From positions 1 through 64,000 of IMG/VR virus record IMGVR_UViG_3300013121_000028: a stretch of DNA of 64,000 nucleotides. The stretch is one strand, 5' to 3'. The stretch is from a virus. Taxonomy: Duplodnaviria; Caudoviricetes. The position numbers were made by a program, and so were the translations under genes. Within the stretch, counting starts at the first letter, position 1; each line of letters opens with the position of its first letter. Positions 44,554-56,210 of the stretch are shown in pieces. The notes beneath the pieces were generated by a model. It made no database searches. It had not been told where the DNA came from and was given only the letters and a program-made list of their open reading frames with translations.

Positions 44554-44785
44554 TGTGTGGCGTGGCTGAGTACAAAGTAAAAAGGCAAAATATAAGAATA
44601 TTTGGTGTACGACATTTATTCATTGTATTGGTTGCGTGGTGAAAGTGAGCGTTATTGAACCCTTCGACCTGCTATAAAAGGTAAATATATAAGCCACCAT
44701 AATCAGAGGTGGCGGGTAGTAAATAAAAGGTAATATCAAGTAAGGCTAAATACCAAATGCGGGTAAAGAATCCCGTTGCTACACA
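44554..44785 (+). ncRNA. Candidate structured RNA with tRNA-like termini
   Basis: tgtgtggcg/tgctacaca terminal helix, tggctgagt D-arm-like start, gcggg-taaagaat-cccgt T-arm-like hairpin, GC-richer than flanks. Confidence 0.45.
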
Positions 44786-45053
44786 TAACTAAACATAAAA
44801 TAATTTAAAAAATGGTATATAATATAAATGAAATTGAATATGTTTTAATTAATGTTATTATTAATGATATTAACAGAAAAACATTAGAAAATATGCTTGA
44901 TAATTATAGTTGTATTATTCAAGATTTTATCTTATTAAGAGGTAATTCAATATTTACACTTTTAGGGCTTTATTCTCCAAAAATTAAATTAGCAATATTA
45001 GTACCATCAAAACATATTATTGATTTTAATAATGAATTATACAAATAAAGTAT

Positions 45054-45623
45054 ATGGAAACAAAAAAACAAAATAACTTATCACCGAGAGATAAATGGAA
45101 CTCAATGAGTTTAAAAGAGAGAATGTATTTTTTTAAAATAAGGGGTGTTGATAGCATATTCGCTAATAATAATATGGGTAAACAGTATGATGAACTACCA
45201 TCTGTAACCCAATATGCTTTAAAATCATACAAAATACCAAATAATAAAACTATGAATAAGAAAAAGCCAAAAGTAAAAAAGAAAGTAGATATTTCAATAA
45301 GTATTGGTAAGATTAATACTTTTTTGAACAGTATTAATGAAGCTGAATTTATCTATTTAGAAAAATGTATTGAGATGGCAAGTAGTATGAGAAATATTAT
45401 CAAGGTATATAATTTGACTGATGAAAGATTTTGTAATGAGATGGCAATAGATAAAAAATCATTAAATAGCTATCTTTCAGGAAGCCGAAATTACGATTTA
45501 AAAGATATTGCTAAACTTAATGCTTTAGCAGTTAAATTGTATATGGAGAACGCTGAAAAAAATGCAGAGGAAAGTGTACCTGTTAAAATACCAATTAGGA
45601 CTTCAAAATCAAAAACCAAATAG
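45054..45623 (+). CDS. Hypothetical protein with possible XRE-like HTH
   Basis: YNLTDERFCNEMAIDKKSLNSYLSG. Confidence 0.5.
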   Translation: METKKQNNLSPRDKWNSMSLKERMYFFKIRGVDSIFANNNMGKQYDELPSVTQYALKSYKIPNNKTMNKKKPKVKKKVDISISIGKINTFLNSINEAEFIYLEKCIEMASSMRNIIKVYNLTDERFCNEMAIDKKSLNSYLSGSRNYDLKDIAKLNALAVKLYMENAEKNAEESVPVKIPIRTSKSKTK

Positions 45624-45808
45624 TTATGATAGATTTTTATTTTATATACAACTTTATAAGAGAAAATCTATTTACTTTAATAGTTGTTAGTATATTATTA
45701 CTTGGATTATATGTCTTTTGGGACAAAATAGAATACTTATGGGATGTTGAGCAAGGTAAAAGGGAATTTTTTAATGATTATCATCATAATAGACAAAAAT
45801 AAATTAAT

Positions 45809-46234
45809 ATGAATTTAGGATGTAAAACAGAATTTAGTAATGGTAGTCCAACTAATTTTGAAAATAAAATTTTAGATGGTATAAAAATACACACCATAAG
45901 AGAAGATAAAAATAATCGTTGGCAAATAGGTACTAAAATACATTTTGCAACAGGTGTAAGAACAAAAAAATATAAGTGTTTTAAAATAGGAGAATGTGTA
46001 TCTACACAAATAATTGAATTTAAATGGCATAATCATAATAAAGGATTAGTTAGTGAAAGTTGGGGTGTTCAAGTTTTTATTGATGGTAATGATGTTACTA
46101 CCGAAACAGAAATTATTGATGAACTTGTAAAAAATGATGGTTTTGATAACAGAAAAGATTTCTTTGAATGGGAAGGTTGGCATAAAAAGAATTTTAAAGG
46201 TAAAATAATACATTGGACAAATAAAAGATATTAA
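45809..46234 (+). CDS. ASCH-like domain protein
   Basis: ILDGIKIHTIR...W..G..IHF.TG.RT...NDGF. Confidence 0.6.
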   Translation: MNLGCKTEFSNGSPTNFENKILDGIKIHTIREDKNNRWQIGTKIHFATGVRTKKYKCFKIGECVSTQIIEFKWHNHNKGLVSESWGVQVFIDGNDVTTETEIIDELVKNDGFDNRKDFFEWEGWHKKNFKGKIIHWTNKRY

Positions 46235-46251
46235 ATAATAAAATAATAAAT

Positions 46252-47082
46252 ATGCCTGAATTTTATTTTCAAATAAAAGGTAAAACAGGAAAAGATGATT
46301 ATTCTTTTTCTAATTGGTCATTTCCTCCTATTTGGCAGGATAAGGTTGAAGCAAAAAATTCAAAAGAAGCTAAATTGATTATTGAGGAAATGTATGGTAG
46401 AAAATTTCCTTTGAGAGTATTAGCTAAAGACCTTGATTCAAATGAGTTTTTATTAAGTATAAAGGAAATTAAAGAAGATGATACTTGGACAAAAAAATTA
46501 TTTGAAACAGTTGAATGTAAAACCTGTAAATCTCCTTTTAAATTAATTGAAAAATATCAATCGGGTGGAAGGAATGATGGTGGTCGTGATTTCTGTTGTT
46601 CAGAATGTGCAGATAAGGAACGTGAAAAAAACCGACTACCATTAACCGATTTCCTTGAGCAAAAAGCTATTCATGATTATGTTATTTATAAAATAACAAA
46701 TAAGGAAACGGGTATGTGCTATATAGGTCAAACTAAACAGGCATTTACTTTTAGATGGTATCAGCACTTTTATCAGCCTAAAGATGTAAAATTTCATGAT
46801 GCTATTATGAATTTTCCTATTACTGTTTGGACTTTTGAAGTAATTGAGAAAATAGATATACCTGAAGAAATTAAGTATGATAAAGCAAGTATAAGAAACT
46901 TAATATTTAACAAAGAAACTGAATACATTAAAAAATTTGATTCAATAAAAAATGGATATAATTCAGTTAAAAGTATTGATAATGGAATAGTTGATGAAAA
47001 TCAACAAGAGATTGATTTTGGTGATAAGTATTTCAAGGATTTAAATGTAGATGAAGCACCTATTAATAATGATTTGAGTTAA
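46252..47082 (+). CDS. Zn-finger plus GIY-YIG nuclease domain protein
   Basis: CKTC...FCCSEC then VIYKITNKETGMCYIGQT...GYN. Confidence 0.75.
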   Translation: MPEFYFQIKGKTGKDDYSFSNWSFPPIWQDKVEAKNSKEAKLIIEEMYGRKFPLRVLAKDLDSNEFLLSIKEIKEDDTWTKKLFETVECKTCKSPFKLIEKYQSGGRNDGGRDFCCSECADKEREKNRLPLTDFLEQKAIHDYVIYKITNKETGMCYIGQTKQAFTFRWYQHFYQPKDVKFHDAIMNFPITVWTFEVIEKIDIPEEIKYDKASIRNLIFNKETEYIKKFDSIKNGYNSVKSIDNGIVDENQQEIDFGDKYFKDLNVDEAPINNDLS

Positions 47083-47084
47083 TT

Positions 47085-49035
47085 ATGATAAAGATTAGAA
47101 ATACTCAAATAATAACTTTCAGTTTGGTTGAAAGAAAAGCTGTTTTACAATGGAAGCCTACAAAAGAAATTGAAATTGACGAGAACACGGTTTTTGCCTG
47201 TAAATATATGGGGGGATGGGGTAGTTACATTTTAATCAGAAAAGAAAGTGATGGATATAGAAGTTACCCATTGAGCGTAAAAGTTGTAAAACAGATATGT
47301 AAGTATTTTGAACCAAACGGAAAAGACTTTAACTACGATTATTTTAGGATGCCTTTTGATAAATTTTATTTTTGAGTGTTAAATTTTATTATAATAAAAT
47401 GAATAATAATGAGGGAAAATAAGGTTGAAATAGTTGTTTGTTCTGCTATTTGGTATAAGGATTTACCTTTGGTTAAAAACAATATTCCAAAATCATTTAT
47501 TTATCCAATAAATGTTGATAGAGGTTTAGTTTTTTGCGGTTATCGCCATCCTCATTGTATGTATTCAATGATAGCTATAACAGGAAAAAGGAGTGTTACT
47601 ATTGAAGTAGGTGAATATATTCAAGGATTTTTAACTAACTTTAATAGGTTTGTTGATAGGGAAGAAGGTGCTAGGATTGCATTGGCATCAGGACAAATAG
47701 ATAAACTTAATTATTCATCAAAAGAATTATATTCTGAGGATTTATACTAATGAGCAGTTTACCAATAAATAACGACTTTTTAAATCAATCGAATGAATCT
47801 AATTCAGGTAAAGAACCTGTAAAAAAGAAAAGACGTACTGCTTTGGAGATTGAGATGGATAAATATCCTGAATATTATGCTTTATGTGAATATGATAGAA
47901 AATGCCTTGTTGCTAATAATTATTGGCGTGTAATGTATGGTATGCCTATTATTGAAGTACCACCAAGCGATACTCATTATTATAAGTATTTCGATAAAAA
48001 ATGCTATGATAGATATTCAGAATATCAGAAACAGAAAAAAAGGGAGGCTGAATATAATAATATGTTATTTAATTACAGGAAACAAACTGAAACTAAATTA
48101 ATTAATGATGAAAATATCGAACAAAATGGAGATGTTGTGGTTGAGAATAAGATTATTAAAACTAAAGATAATGTTGTTATTAAAAGAGAAGAAGAAATGC
48201 CGATAGAAGAAAATAATAATTTCCTTAATGAAAAACAGGAACATCCTATTTATCCTAAACCTGAAAAAAAAGTAGATATTAAACAAGAAGAAAAAGTGGA
48301 TTCCAAAAAAGAAACTTCTGAAAAGAAGAATAACAAAAAAGATAATAACAAAAATAACGAGCAAACAAGTTTATTTTAATTATAATTATGTGTCAAACAA
48401 TTTATATTAATAAAGGTGAAAAGGAAATTGAAAGTCCAAGACAGTTTTTGGAACACTTTGGATTTATGCCCTATAAACAAATACATTATAATTCTATTGA
48501 AATGGATTGTTGTTTATGCCAATGTGATTTAGAAAAAACATTTAATGAAAATAAAATACCATTCAAAAAACATTGTGGAGATTTTTTTGTAGGTAAATTA
48601 GAGTTGGTTGTAGGTGATGATGATTAATAACAATTAATTAAATTAATATCTATGAAAAAGAATGATGATAATTCTATTAGTAACAAGAAAGTAGAAAGGT
48701 TGGCTAACGAAATAATAACTGCCGTTGAGTTTTATTTAGGCGGTATTAAACCAAGTTTGGCTAAAGAAATTATAAAATATGGAACTTATTGTTTTCCATA
48801 TAGGCATAAAAACGGTATTGATGTTGTTTATCCGAGTGAAAAAATAACTCGTATTTATAGAGAATTATGTGAGCTAATGGTGGTTGATGAATTTAAAATA
48901 CAGGATGGAATATACATAGATTATAAAGTTATGCCATTAGTTCAAAATCATTTTGATTATGATATTGGAGAATGTATTCATAGAGGTGGACTTGCACTTC
49001 ATCTTTTTGAATTAAAATCAAAAAATAAAATATAA
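47085..49035 (+). other. Hypothetical CDSs (47085, 47409, 47750, 48388, 48652)
   Basis: ORF track; 47409 has conserved-looking QGFLT..NRFVDR...LYSEDLY. Confidence 0.6.
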
Positions 49036-49037
49036 AT

Positions 49038-49532
49038 ATGACTAATCCCTTCTATAAGTACCTGTCTGTTGAGGATAAAGAACATATTATGGTGGTTAAT
49101 TATATTAAAGATAAATTACCCGAAGTAATTGCTTTTCACACACCTAATGAATCAAAGAAATCGTCTTTTGAACGCTATAAGGCAAGTATTATGGGTATTA
49201 TGAAAGGAATACCCGATTTTGTGTTCCTACACCCTAAATACCCTTCTTATAGCTCAAGAGAAGCAATATATAACGGGCTTTGTATTGAGTTAAAAGCACC
49301 TGAACATGAAAGGGTTGTAAAAAAAGGTAAAAAAGAGGGTAAAACTGTTAAATATGTTGGAAAATTAAGCGACGAACAGGCAGATGTACTTGAAAAACTC
49401 AATAAATTCGGTTTTAAGGCTGTTTGTTGTTTTGGAGCAAATGAAGCTATAAATGTTATTGAAGATTATTTTAAGGACTATTTTGAGCTTAAAAAGGCAC
49501 TTAAAATAAAGAGTAACCAAATATTAAAATAG
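49038..49532 (+). CDS. VRR-NUC-like PD-(D/E)XK nuclease
   Basis: FHTPNE, KGIPD, L.IELK, LSDEQ. Confidence 0.75.
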   Translation: MTNPFYKYLSVEDKEHIMVVNYIKDKLPEVIAFHTPNESKKSSFERYKASIMGIMKGIPDFVFLHPKYPSYSSREAIYNGLCIELKAPEHERVVKKGKKEGKTVKYVGKLSDEQADVLEKLNKFGFKAVCCFGANEAINVIEDYFKDYFELKKALKIKSNQILK

Positions 49533-50501
49533 ATTATAATGGAAAATTTTTTAGATAAAATATTAAAAGTAAAACCAATAGTATTAGAAATTTTAAAAAC
49601 AAATTTAGAATCAAGAGATGATGATAACATTTTAATATTAAATGTTTGGGAAAAACAATTTAAAATTGAAACAAAAAAAATTGATGAATTTAATAATTAT
49701 ATTGAATTTAAACATCTTTTGTTAAATGGTAGACTTTCTCCACCTGAAAGTATAACTCGTTCAAGGAGAAAATTACAGGAAGATAATATTGAATTAAGGG
49801 GTAAACTTTATGATGAAAGACAAAAACAGGAAAAAATAATAAAAAATCAATTAAAAATAGATTTTTAACAATTATATAATGAAAAAGAAATATCCAACAT
49901 CTGATAAAGCAAAAGAGTGGAAAAAGCACCTTAAACCATACGGAAAGAGATTAGCTAATAAATCTACACGAAAAATAAATAAACGTAAGTGTAAAAATGA
50001 ATATTAATTTTTAACTTTATATAAGTGGGCATTAATAAACGCATATACATCAATTTTGTACGATTCATGCGTTTATTCTGTTTTATTGGCTTACATAATT
50101 GGAAAACAACAGAAACAACATATACAGTTTTTGTAATGAAGGAATATTGTAAGTGTAAATTTTGTAAAAAAGAAAAAGTATTTGTAAGTGAAAACGATTG
50201 TTATTTATGAATTTATCAAAATATACTCATAGTGAAATACCCGAAGAAAGCTGTGTAATTAGAATTAAATCTACTAATCAATACATTCATGTTAATGATA
50301 ATAATGGATTATTTATTAAATCTAAAATGGTTGGTTGTTTGGTTTTGATGGATAAGCAAACTGCGGAAGATATGGTTGACAAAATAACCAAGTTGGATAT
50401 TAGAATGTATGGTAAAGTAAATAGAGTATATGAAATTATTCCTTTTAATGAAGCGTATAAAGCTCATGGAATTTTAGACAGTCAAATATTTTGTAATTAA
50501 T

Positions 50502-51347
50502 ATGATTGATAAAAATATTATATCAGGTATATATAAAATAACATCACCAACAGGTAAGATTTATATTGGTCAATCAATTAATATTAAAGATAGATTTCAT
50601 AGATATTATAGGATAAGTAGATGTAAAGACCAAAAACTTTTATACAATTCATTAGTTAAGCACGGTTATAATGAGCATAAATTTGAAATAATTCATATAG
50701 TTGATTGTGAAAACTTAGACAAGAAACAAATAAGAGCCGATTTGAATATATTAGAAAAGCATTACATTTTAAAATATAATTCTTTTGTTGGAAATAATAA
50801 AAATGGTTTAAATCTAACAACGGGTGGGGATAGTTATGAAGTTTCAGAAATAACGAGGGAAAAACAGCGTGAATCAAATAAAGGAGAAAAAAATGGTTTT
50901 TATGGTAGAAAACATACTGAAGAAACTAAAAATATTATGAGGAAACCAAAAAGTGAACAAGGTAAAATAAATATAAGGAAATCAAAGATAGGTACTAATA
51001 AAGGTGAGAAAAACCCTAATTACGGAAAAAAATGGAGTGATGAACAAAGGTTAAGATTAAGTGAAAAGAAAAAAGGTATAAAAAGTAGTGAATCTTCAAA
51101 AATAAAGAGAAGCCTTTCTATGAAAGGTAGAAAGCAGAGCCGTGAGCATATTATTAAAAGGTTTAAATCAATTATTGGTAAGGGTATTGTACCTATATCT
51201 GCAATAAGTCCTGATGGTATATTAATGGAGTTTAAAGGAGCAATAGAGTTGAAAAACAAATTCGGTCTTAATCCTGTAAACATAACAGCTTGTTTAAAAG
51301 GTAGACAAAAAAATACGGGTGGTTGGAGTAATTTTAAGTATTTATAA
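50502..51347 (+). CDS. GIY-YIG homing endonuclease (NUMOD3/NUMOD1-like)
   Basis: GIYKITSPTGKIYIG; GEKN.FYG.KH; C-terminal I.ACLKG....GGW. Confidence 0.85.
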   Translation: MIDKNIISGIYKITSPTGKIYIGQSINIKDRFHRYYRISRCKDQKLLYNSLVKHGYNEHKFEIIHIVDCENLDKKQIRADLNILEKHYILKYNSFVGNNKNGLNLTTGGDSYEVSEITREKQRESNKGEKNGFYGRKHTEETKNIMRKPKSEQGKINIRKSKIGTNKGEKNPNYGKKWSDEQRLRLSEKKKGIKSSESSKIKRSLSMKGRKQSREHIIKRFKSIIGKGIVPISAISPDGILMEFKGAIELKNKFGLNPVNITACLKGRQKNTGGWSNFKYL

Positions 51348-51351
51348 AGTA

Positions 51352-52074
51352 ATGAAAAGATTAGTAGAAACAAATAGGTGGAAGGATAGTTGGTTCGTTG
51401 ATTTAAGTCCAAACGCAAAAATATTACTATCTTATTTATACGATTGTTGTGATGAAATAGGAAGTATTGATTTAAACTATTCCATTTGGTCAGCACAATT
51501 AAAAATGGATAAACTTTCAATTATAGATAGTTTGAAAGAGTTGAAACCTGCATTATTAAGTGATAAGAAAAAGAAATTATTTATAAAAGATTTTTTAAAG
51601 CATCAGAAAAAATTACCACTAATAAAAGGTAATGAGGAACATGATTGGATTATAACTAAACTAAAGAGTAATATTGAAAAATTCGATAATGCTGTTGAAA
51701 TTTTAGATATATTAAATAACCATGTAATAGACCAAAATGATATTAAAAAAAATAAAGACAGAACAATTAAAAAGTCAAAAACATTTTTAGAACCTACATT
51801 TGAAGAACTTAAAGAATACTATTTATCTGAAGAACCTAACGCTCTTTTAACTGATATACAAGATATATACGACCATTATGTTAGTTGTGGTTGGACTGTC
51901 GGTAAAAACAAACCTATGGTTGATTGGCAATCAGCAGTAAGAAAAGCAATAAGAAATAAGGTTAAATTTAGTAATAACAGAATTAATTTTAATTCAAATA
52001 ATAATGATACTAAAAAAACAAGTAGAACAGAAACTACATTAAGTGTTGTTGATGAATTAAAACAAAATGTGTAA
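51352..52074 (+). CDS. Putative replication initiator / replisome organiser
   Basis: KR..ETN.W.D.WF..LS...K.L..YL.D.CD N-terminus; PT.EE...Y....Y...GW.VG...M.DW..A C-terminus; ATG 51352. Confidence 0.6.
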   Translation: MKRLVETNRWKDSWFVDLSPNAKILLSYLYDCCDEIGSIDLNYSIWSAQLKMDKLSIIDSLKELKPALLSDKKKKLFIKDFLKHQKKLPLIKGNEEHDWIITKLKSNIEKFDNAVEILDILNNHVIDQNDIKKNKDRTIKKSKTFLEPTFEELKEYYLSEEPNALLTDIQDIYDHYVSCGWTVGKNKPMVDWQSAVRKAIRNKVKFSNNRINFNSNNNDTKKTSRTETTLSVVDELKQNV

Positions 52075-52373
52075 TATATTTTAACTAAAATAACATGAGT
52101 AGAAATTTAATATACAACGAATGGATTCCATTCACAAGATACGAGAAGCATGAGTGCGACATAAAGTTAAAAGATGGTACAGTAGTAAAGCACGTTTCTC
52201 CACAAGCGGGTGTTTTTTACGGTGAGTGTGGTAAAACATTTGAACCCCGTGCAAAAGTTAAACAGGAAGATGTTGCATATATTATGTATCGTAGATATTA
52301 CCAAACGGGATTATGTAATGGTGATTGCAATAAAAAGTTATAATAATAAATAAAGTTTTTTCATAAATATTAT

Positions 52374-53381
52374 ATGGGTACAGAAATTAATAATAATCAA
52401 TTACAGAAGGTAGAAAACTCCACAACAAACTCATTAATGGTTGTAAGAAATGAACCATTATTATATTATCCTGAATTAAAAGATACGGACATACACAAAT
52501 CTGACATACTTAATGATTTAGAGAAGCAAGTTATATTAGCTACTCTTAATTTCCCTAAAATAAGAGTTTTAGATATAACTAAAGGTGATGTTGGTAAACC
52601 TAACTCGGAACATTATAATGCTTTAGTTGATATTATTGGTTTAGCTATTTGGACTATGGGTATTACCGAAAACTCAATGACAAAAAATGAGCAAAAATTA
52701 TTTATACCAATAGCTATTGAGGAAATTAAAACATTCCCAAATTTAACTATTGAAGATGTTAGAATAGCTTTTAACAGGGGTGCAAGAAAAAAATATGGTA
52801 TAATGATGAATGGTGTATTAAATCCTACACTACAAATGAGTATTTCAACTGTAAATTTGTGGCTTACTCAATACTCAGAGGAAACAAAACATGACTGTAT
52901 GCAAAAGCTTCAATTCGTAAAACCATTACAGTTAGATGCTCCTAAAGAATTAACTGAGGAAGAAAAAATTGAAAGACATAATAATTGGTTAGAATATATT
53001 TACAAGAAGTTTGAAGAATTTAAATCAACTAACAAATACGATTATTATGATTTCAATAATAAACTATATAATTTATTAAAGAGATTAAAATTGATAAATC
53101 TTACAGAAGAACAACAAGGTAAGATTTGGGATAAAGCTGTTAAAGAATTAAAGAATGAATATCATCCTAAAAATGGAAGGAATTATGGTCAAAGAATTGA
53201 TTTAAAAACAATTTATGATAATCTTAAATTAGATGAATTGGGTAAAAAAGAACATGATTTAGTTGTTACAAGATGTAAAAAACTTACAGTAAAATATTAT
53301 TTTATTAGACTAATAAGAGAGGCGAAACATATTAAAGATGTTATTGAAGATGCAAAAAAAATTAATGATATTAAGTATTAA
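52374..53381 (+). CDS. Hypothetical protein, last + strand gene (possible replication accessory)
   Basis: 335-aa ORF near the initiator; its stop overlaps the convergent stop. Confidence 0.65.
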   Translation: MGTEINNNQLQKVENSTTNSLMVVRNEPLLYYPELKDTDIHKSDILNDLEKQVILATLNFPKIRVLDITKGDVGKPNSEHYNALVDIIGLAIWTMGITENSMTKNEQKLFIPIAIEEIKTFPNLTIEDVRIAFNRGARKKYGIMMNGVLNPTLQMSISTVNLWLTQYSEETKHDCMQKLQFVKPLQLDAPKELTEEEKIERHNNWLEYIYKKFEEFKSTNKYDYYDFNNKLYNLLKRLKLINLTEEQQGKIWDKAVKELKNEYHPKNGRNYGQRIDLKTIYDNLKLDELGKKEHDLVVTRCKKLTVKYYFIRLIREAKHIKDVIEDAKKINDIKY

Positions 53382-54037
53382 TATTTACTGAATGACTTTA
53401 TTACATCCATTATTGGATAAATTTGAATACCAAAAGATTCATCATAAAAATAAACTCCTGTTACTGTATAATTAGAATTTTTAATATTATCATTATTTAA
53501 AGCATCCAAATCATTCCTAATACTTTTAAACGACTTTACAAAAGAACTTTTAATAACGTAATCACAATCAGGATTAGGAACTTTACCAATAATCTTATTT
53601 GTAGTATCCTTTACATCAACCATAACTAAAACATATTCTCCATTACTGTTTTTCATTATGTTATTTATGATGCAGTTAAATTGATAAACATTAAACTCAT
53701 ATCCGAATCTTACTTTTTTATCAAACTTTTTATTATCAATAGGATATTGCTGAGTTAAATTTTTTAATGCTTTTATAGTTGTATTTTTTGCTGTCCAATT
53801 TATTTTTTTAGACTCTAAATCTGAAAGACTCTTAACATTACATCTATAATCACAATCACAGGTATTTTGATAGTTATTTTTTTTAACTGTAAATGAATAT
53901 GCGAAACATAATGGTAATGAAATACACACTATAAATAAAATAAAATTTGATATTGTTTTTTTATTAATCTTCTTCATTATTTTTATCATCTTCATTATTA
54001 TTTTTCTTTTTACTTCTTTTTTTGTATATCCAAACAA
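53378..54037 (-). CDS. Secreted/membrane-anchored protein, possible OB-fold
   Basis: Signal-like N-terminus; P.PDC...VTGV.F.D...I.P pattern; real start probably later than annotated. Confidence 0.55.
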   Translation of the reverse strand: MFGYTKKEVKRKIIMKMIKIMKKINKKTISNFILFIVCISLPLCFAYSFTVKKNNYQNTCDCDYRCNVKSLSDLESKKINWTAKNTTIKALKNLTQQYPIDNKKFDKKVRFGYEFNVYQFNCIINNIMKNSNGEYVLVMVDVKDTTNKIIGKVPNPDCDYVIKSSFVKSFKSIRNDLDALNNDNIKNSNYTVTGVYFYDESFGIQIYPIMDVIKSFSKY

Positions 54038-54791
54038 CTAATGGAATTACTATTGAAGTTAATAATACTTGCCAATACTTTTTAAAAAAGAATATTATTT
54101 GAACTAAAATATCCTTTTCAACCATTACTGTATCTTCATAAACAATATCTTTCTTATTATCATTTTTAATAACAGATACAACTATTTTAAGATTTGAGTT
54201 TCCTAATTTTATTGGTGTTACACCCCAACTCCATTCTGTATATGTATCACCATTCTCAACTAATTGAACAGCATTATTTAATTCAACAATATCAAAGTTT
54301 TTATTATCTTTTGGAGAAACATCAATCAACTTTACTTCCATTGTTTCTGTTACAGGTATTCTACTTGTTATTACATTACCTGATAAACTATCATATAAAC
54401 TTACTGTGGCTTTTGACTTAGCAATTCTTACAAGAACCTTATATGTACTCCTAATCTTCATGACATCAGGAATTTTATAAACTATCCTTCCGTCATAATA
54501 ACCATTAGTTTGTTTTATTACCTTACCTTTATTTATTTCGATTATTTTAAGTTTATCAACAGGATAATATTCTATACTTGAAACAAGTGTAACATCTTTG
54601 TTTTTAGGTTTTAAATTCTTTTCTAAACTCAAATAATGTTCAATTAATTTTAAATTACTTTTATTTAAAGTGTCATTAATTACTGAATAAGATATATCAT
54701 ATTTGCTTTTATTTGTTTTTTTATGTGTATCACAAAAAGTAAAAAAGCAAATTAATATTATTATAATAAATATTTTAAAATAATTCAACAA
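53964..54791 (-). CDS. Membrane/lipoprotein with N- and C-terminal hydrophobic segments
   Basis: ORF track; TM helices at both ends. Confidence 0.65.
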   Translation of the reverse strand: MLNYFKIFIIIILICFFTFCDTHKKTNKSKYDISYSVINDTLNKSNLKLIEHYLSLEKNLKPKNKDVTLVSSIEYYPVDKLKIIEINKGKVIKQTNGYYDGRIVYKIPDVMKIRSTYKVLVRIAKSKATVSLYDSLSGNVITSRIPVTETMEVKLIDVSPKDNKNFDIVELNNAVQLVENGDTYTEWSWGVTPIKLGNSNLKIVVSVIKNDNKKDIVYEDTVMVEKDILVQIIFFFKKYWQVLLTSIVIPLVVWIYKKRSKKKNNNEDDKNNEED

Positions 54792-54800
54792 AATATTTAT

Positions 54801-55472
54801 TTATTTATTTATCTGATTATTCAAATATTGAGTTCCAATAGCACCTGCGGTTGCACCACACAATAAATGAAACCAAGTCTTTTCGTAAAACTTCTTTTTA
54901 GGCTCATAAACGAACCCGCTTATGTTTGATGTTTGAATATATGGATTACTATTAACGACATCAACAACCATTTTCTTTGGCTTAAAAACACCATCTTTAC
55001 GCTCACCAATAACTATACGAGATTCATTTGGTATTTTAAGGCTATCAATAGTTAAACCCGTATTAGCAATAGTTGAATAAAATTGAAAGTATTTGTCAAT
55101 CTTATTTGATTTAAATGGCTTAAAATCACAAGGAATAATTTTATCAAAAGGAACTGCAACTTCTTTTATAATTGTATTTTCCTTAATAACAACTCCGCCC
55201 TTTATATTCTTAAATTTAGAAATCCATTCTTTTAGAGTATCATTTGAAGCTAACAATGTTTTCATTTGGTCTTGTGTTTCCAAAATCAAAGCTTTATTTG
55301 TACTTACCTCTAAACCTAATTTTGTTTTGTACGTTTGAGCCTCTGTCTTATAGTTTTGAATATCTGATATAAGCTTATCATTATTACGCCTACTACAACC
55401 TTCCCTAAAAATAAATATAACCACAATAACTGCGATTATTAATATATATATTCCGTCTTTTCTTTGTAACAT
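54801..55472 (-). CDS. Membrane-anchored coiled-coil protein (spanin-like candidate)
   Basis: N-terminal TM, coiled coil, C-terminal hydrophobic tail; near lysis genes. Confidence 0.5.
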   Translation of the reverse strand: MLQRKDGIYILIIAVIVVIFIFREGCSRRNNDKLISDIQNYKTEAQTYKTKLGLEVSTNKALILETQDQMKTLLASNDTLKEWISKFKNIKGGVVIKENTIIKEVAVPFDKIIPCDFKPFKSNKIDKYFQFYSTIANTGLTIDSLKIPNESRIVIGERKDGVFKPKKMVVDVVNSNPYIQTSNISGFVYEPKKKFYEKTWFHLLCGATAGAIGTQYLNNQINK

Positions 55473-55489
55473 AATTAATATTATTTTTA

Positions 55490-55981
55490 TTAGCCAATAT
55501 CATCATTATTGATTATTTGACTGTTATTGTTGTTTTGATTATTATTGGTTTGTGTTTTATCTTTATTACTATCGCTATTTACTGAATTTACGTTATTAAT
55601 AGTATTATTATTTGTTGGTATAGTTTGACTAAAAGATTGATTACTACTTGATGTATCACCATTATTAATATACTTTGATGCTACCTTCATACCGTATAAA
55701 CCGCCAATAAAAGTCAGTAATGATATTAAAAAATATTCAGGTAAAAGATGGTCAGGTGCATATATTATAGCAACTATCGTTGCAAAACCAATTAACTGAA
55801 TTAAAAACATTCCTGTCAAACTTTTACCACTTGGTTTACCATTTTCTCTTAAAGAATCTAAGAAAAAAGACTTTAATTCAGGGTCATTCTTAATTTTAAA
55901 ATGAAAAACTAATAAGAATGTAATATATATTAATGCTATTACTAATATATAAAAGTGTTTTATGGTTAATCCGTTAAACAT
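55490..55981 (-). CDS. Three-TM membrane protein, holin candidate
   Basis: Three hydrophobic helices, hydrophilic Asn-rich tail. Confidence 0.5.
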   Translation of the reverse strand: MFNGLTIKHFYILVIALIYITFLLVFHFKIKNDPELKSFFLDSLRENGKPSGKSLTGMFLIQLIGFATIVAIIYAPDHLLPEYFLISLLTFIGGLYGMKVASKYINNGDTSSSNQSFSQTIPTNNNTINNVNSVNSDSNKDKTQTNNNQNNNNSQIINNDDIG

Positions 55982-55982
55982 A

Positions 55983-56186
55983 TTATGGTAATTTAGACTT
56001 TAATAATGTTATAAAATCATTCATACATTGTAACTCTGTTGGAGTAAATGTTGAGGTATCAATATCTACCTGCTTCATTGATGTTGGAGTATTCATTGTT
56101 GGGTCAGCTTCAGTTAACCCTATACTTAAATTTAAGTTACCAGTTGGTGCTTGTTTAACCTTTACTTCTGTGAAATTAATTATCAT
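55983..56186 (-). CDS. Small hypothetical protein
   Basis: ORF in - strand operon. Confidence 0.6.
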   Translation of the reverse strand: MIINFTEVKVKQAPTGNLNLSIGLTEADPTMNTPTSMKQVDIDTSTFTPTELQCMNDFITLLKSKLP

Positions 56187-56210
56187 TTTATTTATTTTTT
56201 ATGTTATTTA

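Noticed and set aside
44554-44785. Canonical tRNA or tmRNA
   Set aside because: No standard anticodon arm spacing, non-canonical T-loop, no CCA end, no GGGG/Ala acceptor
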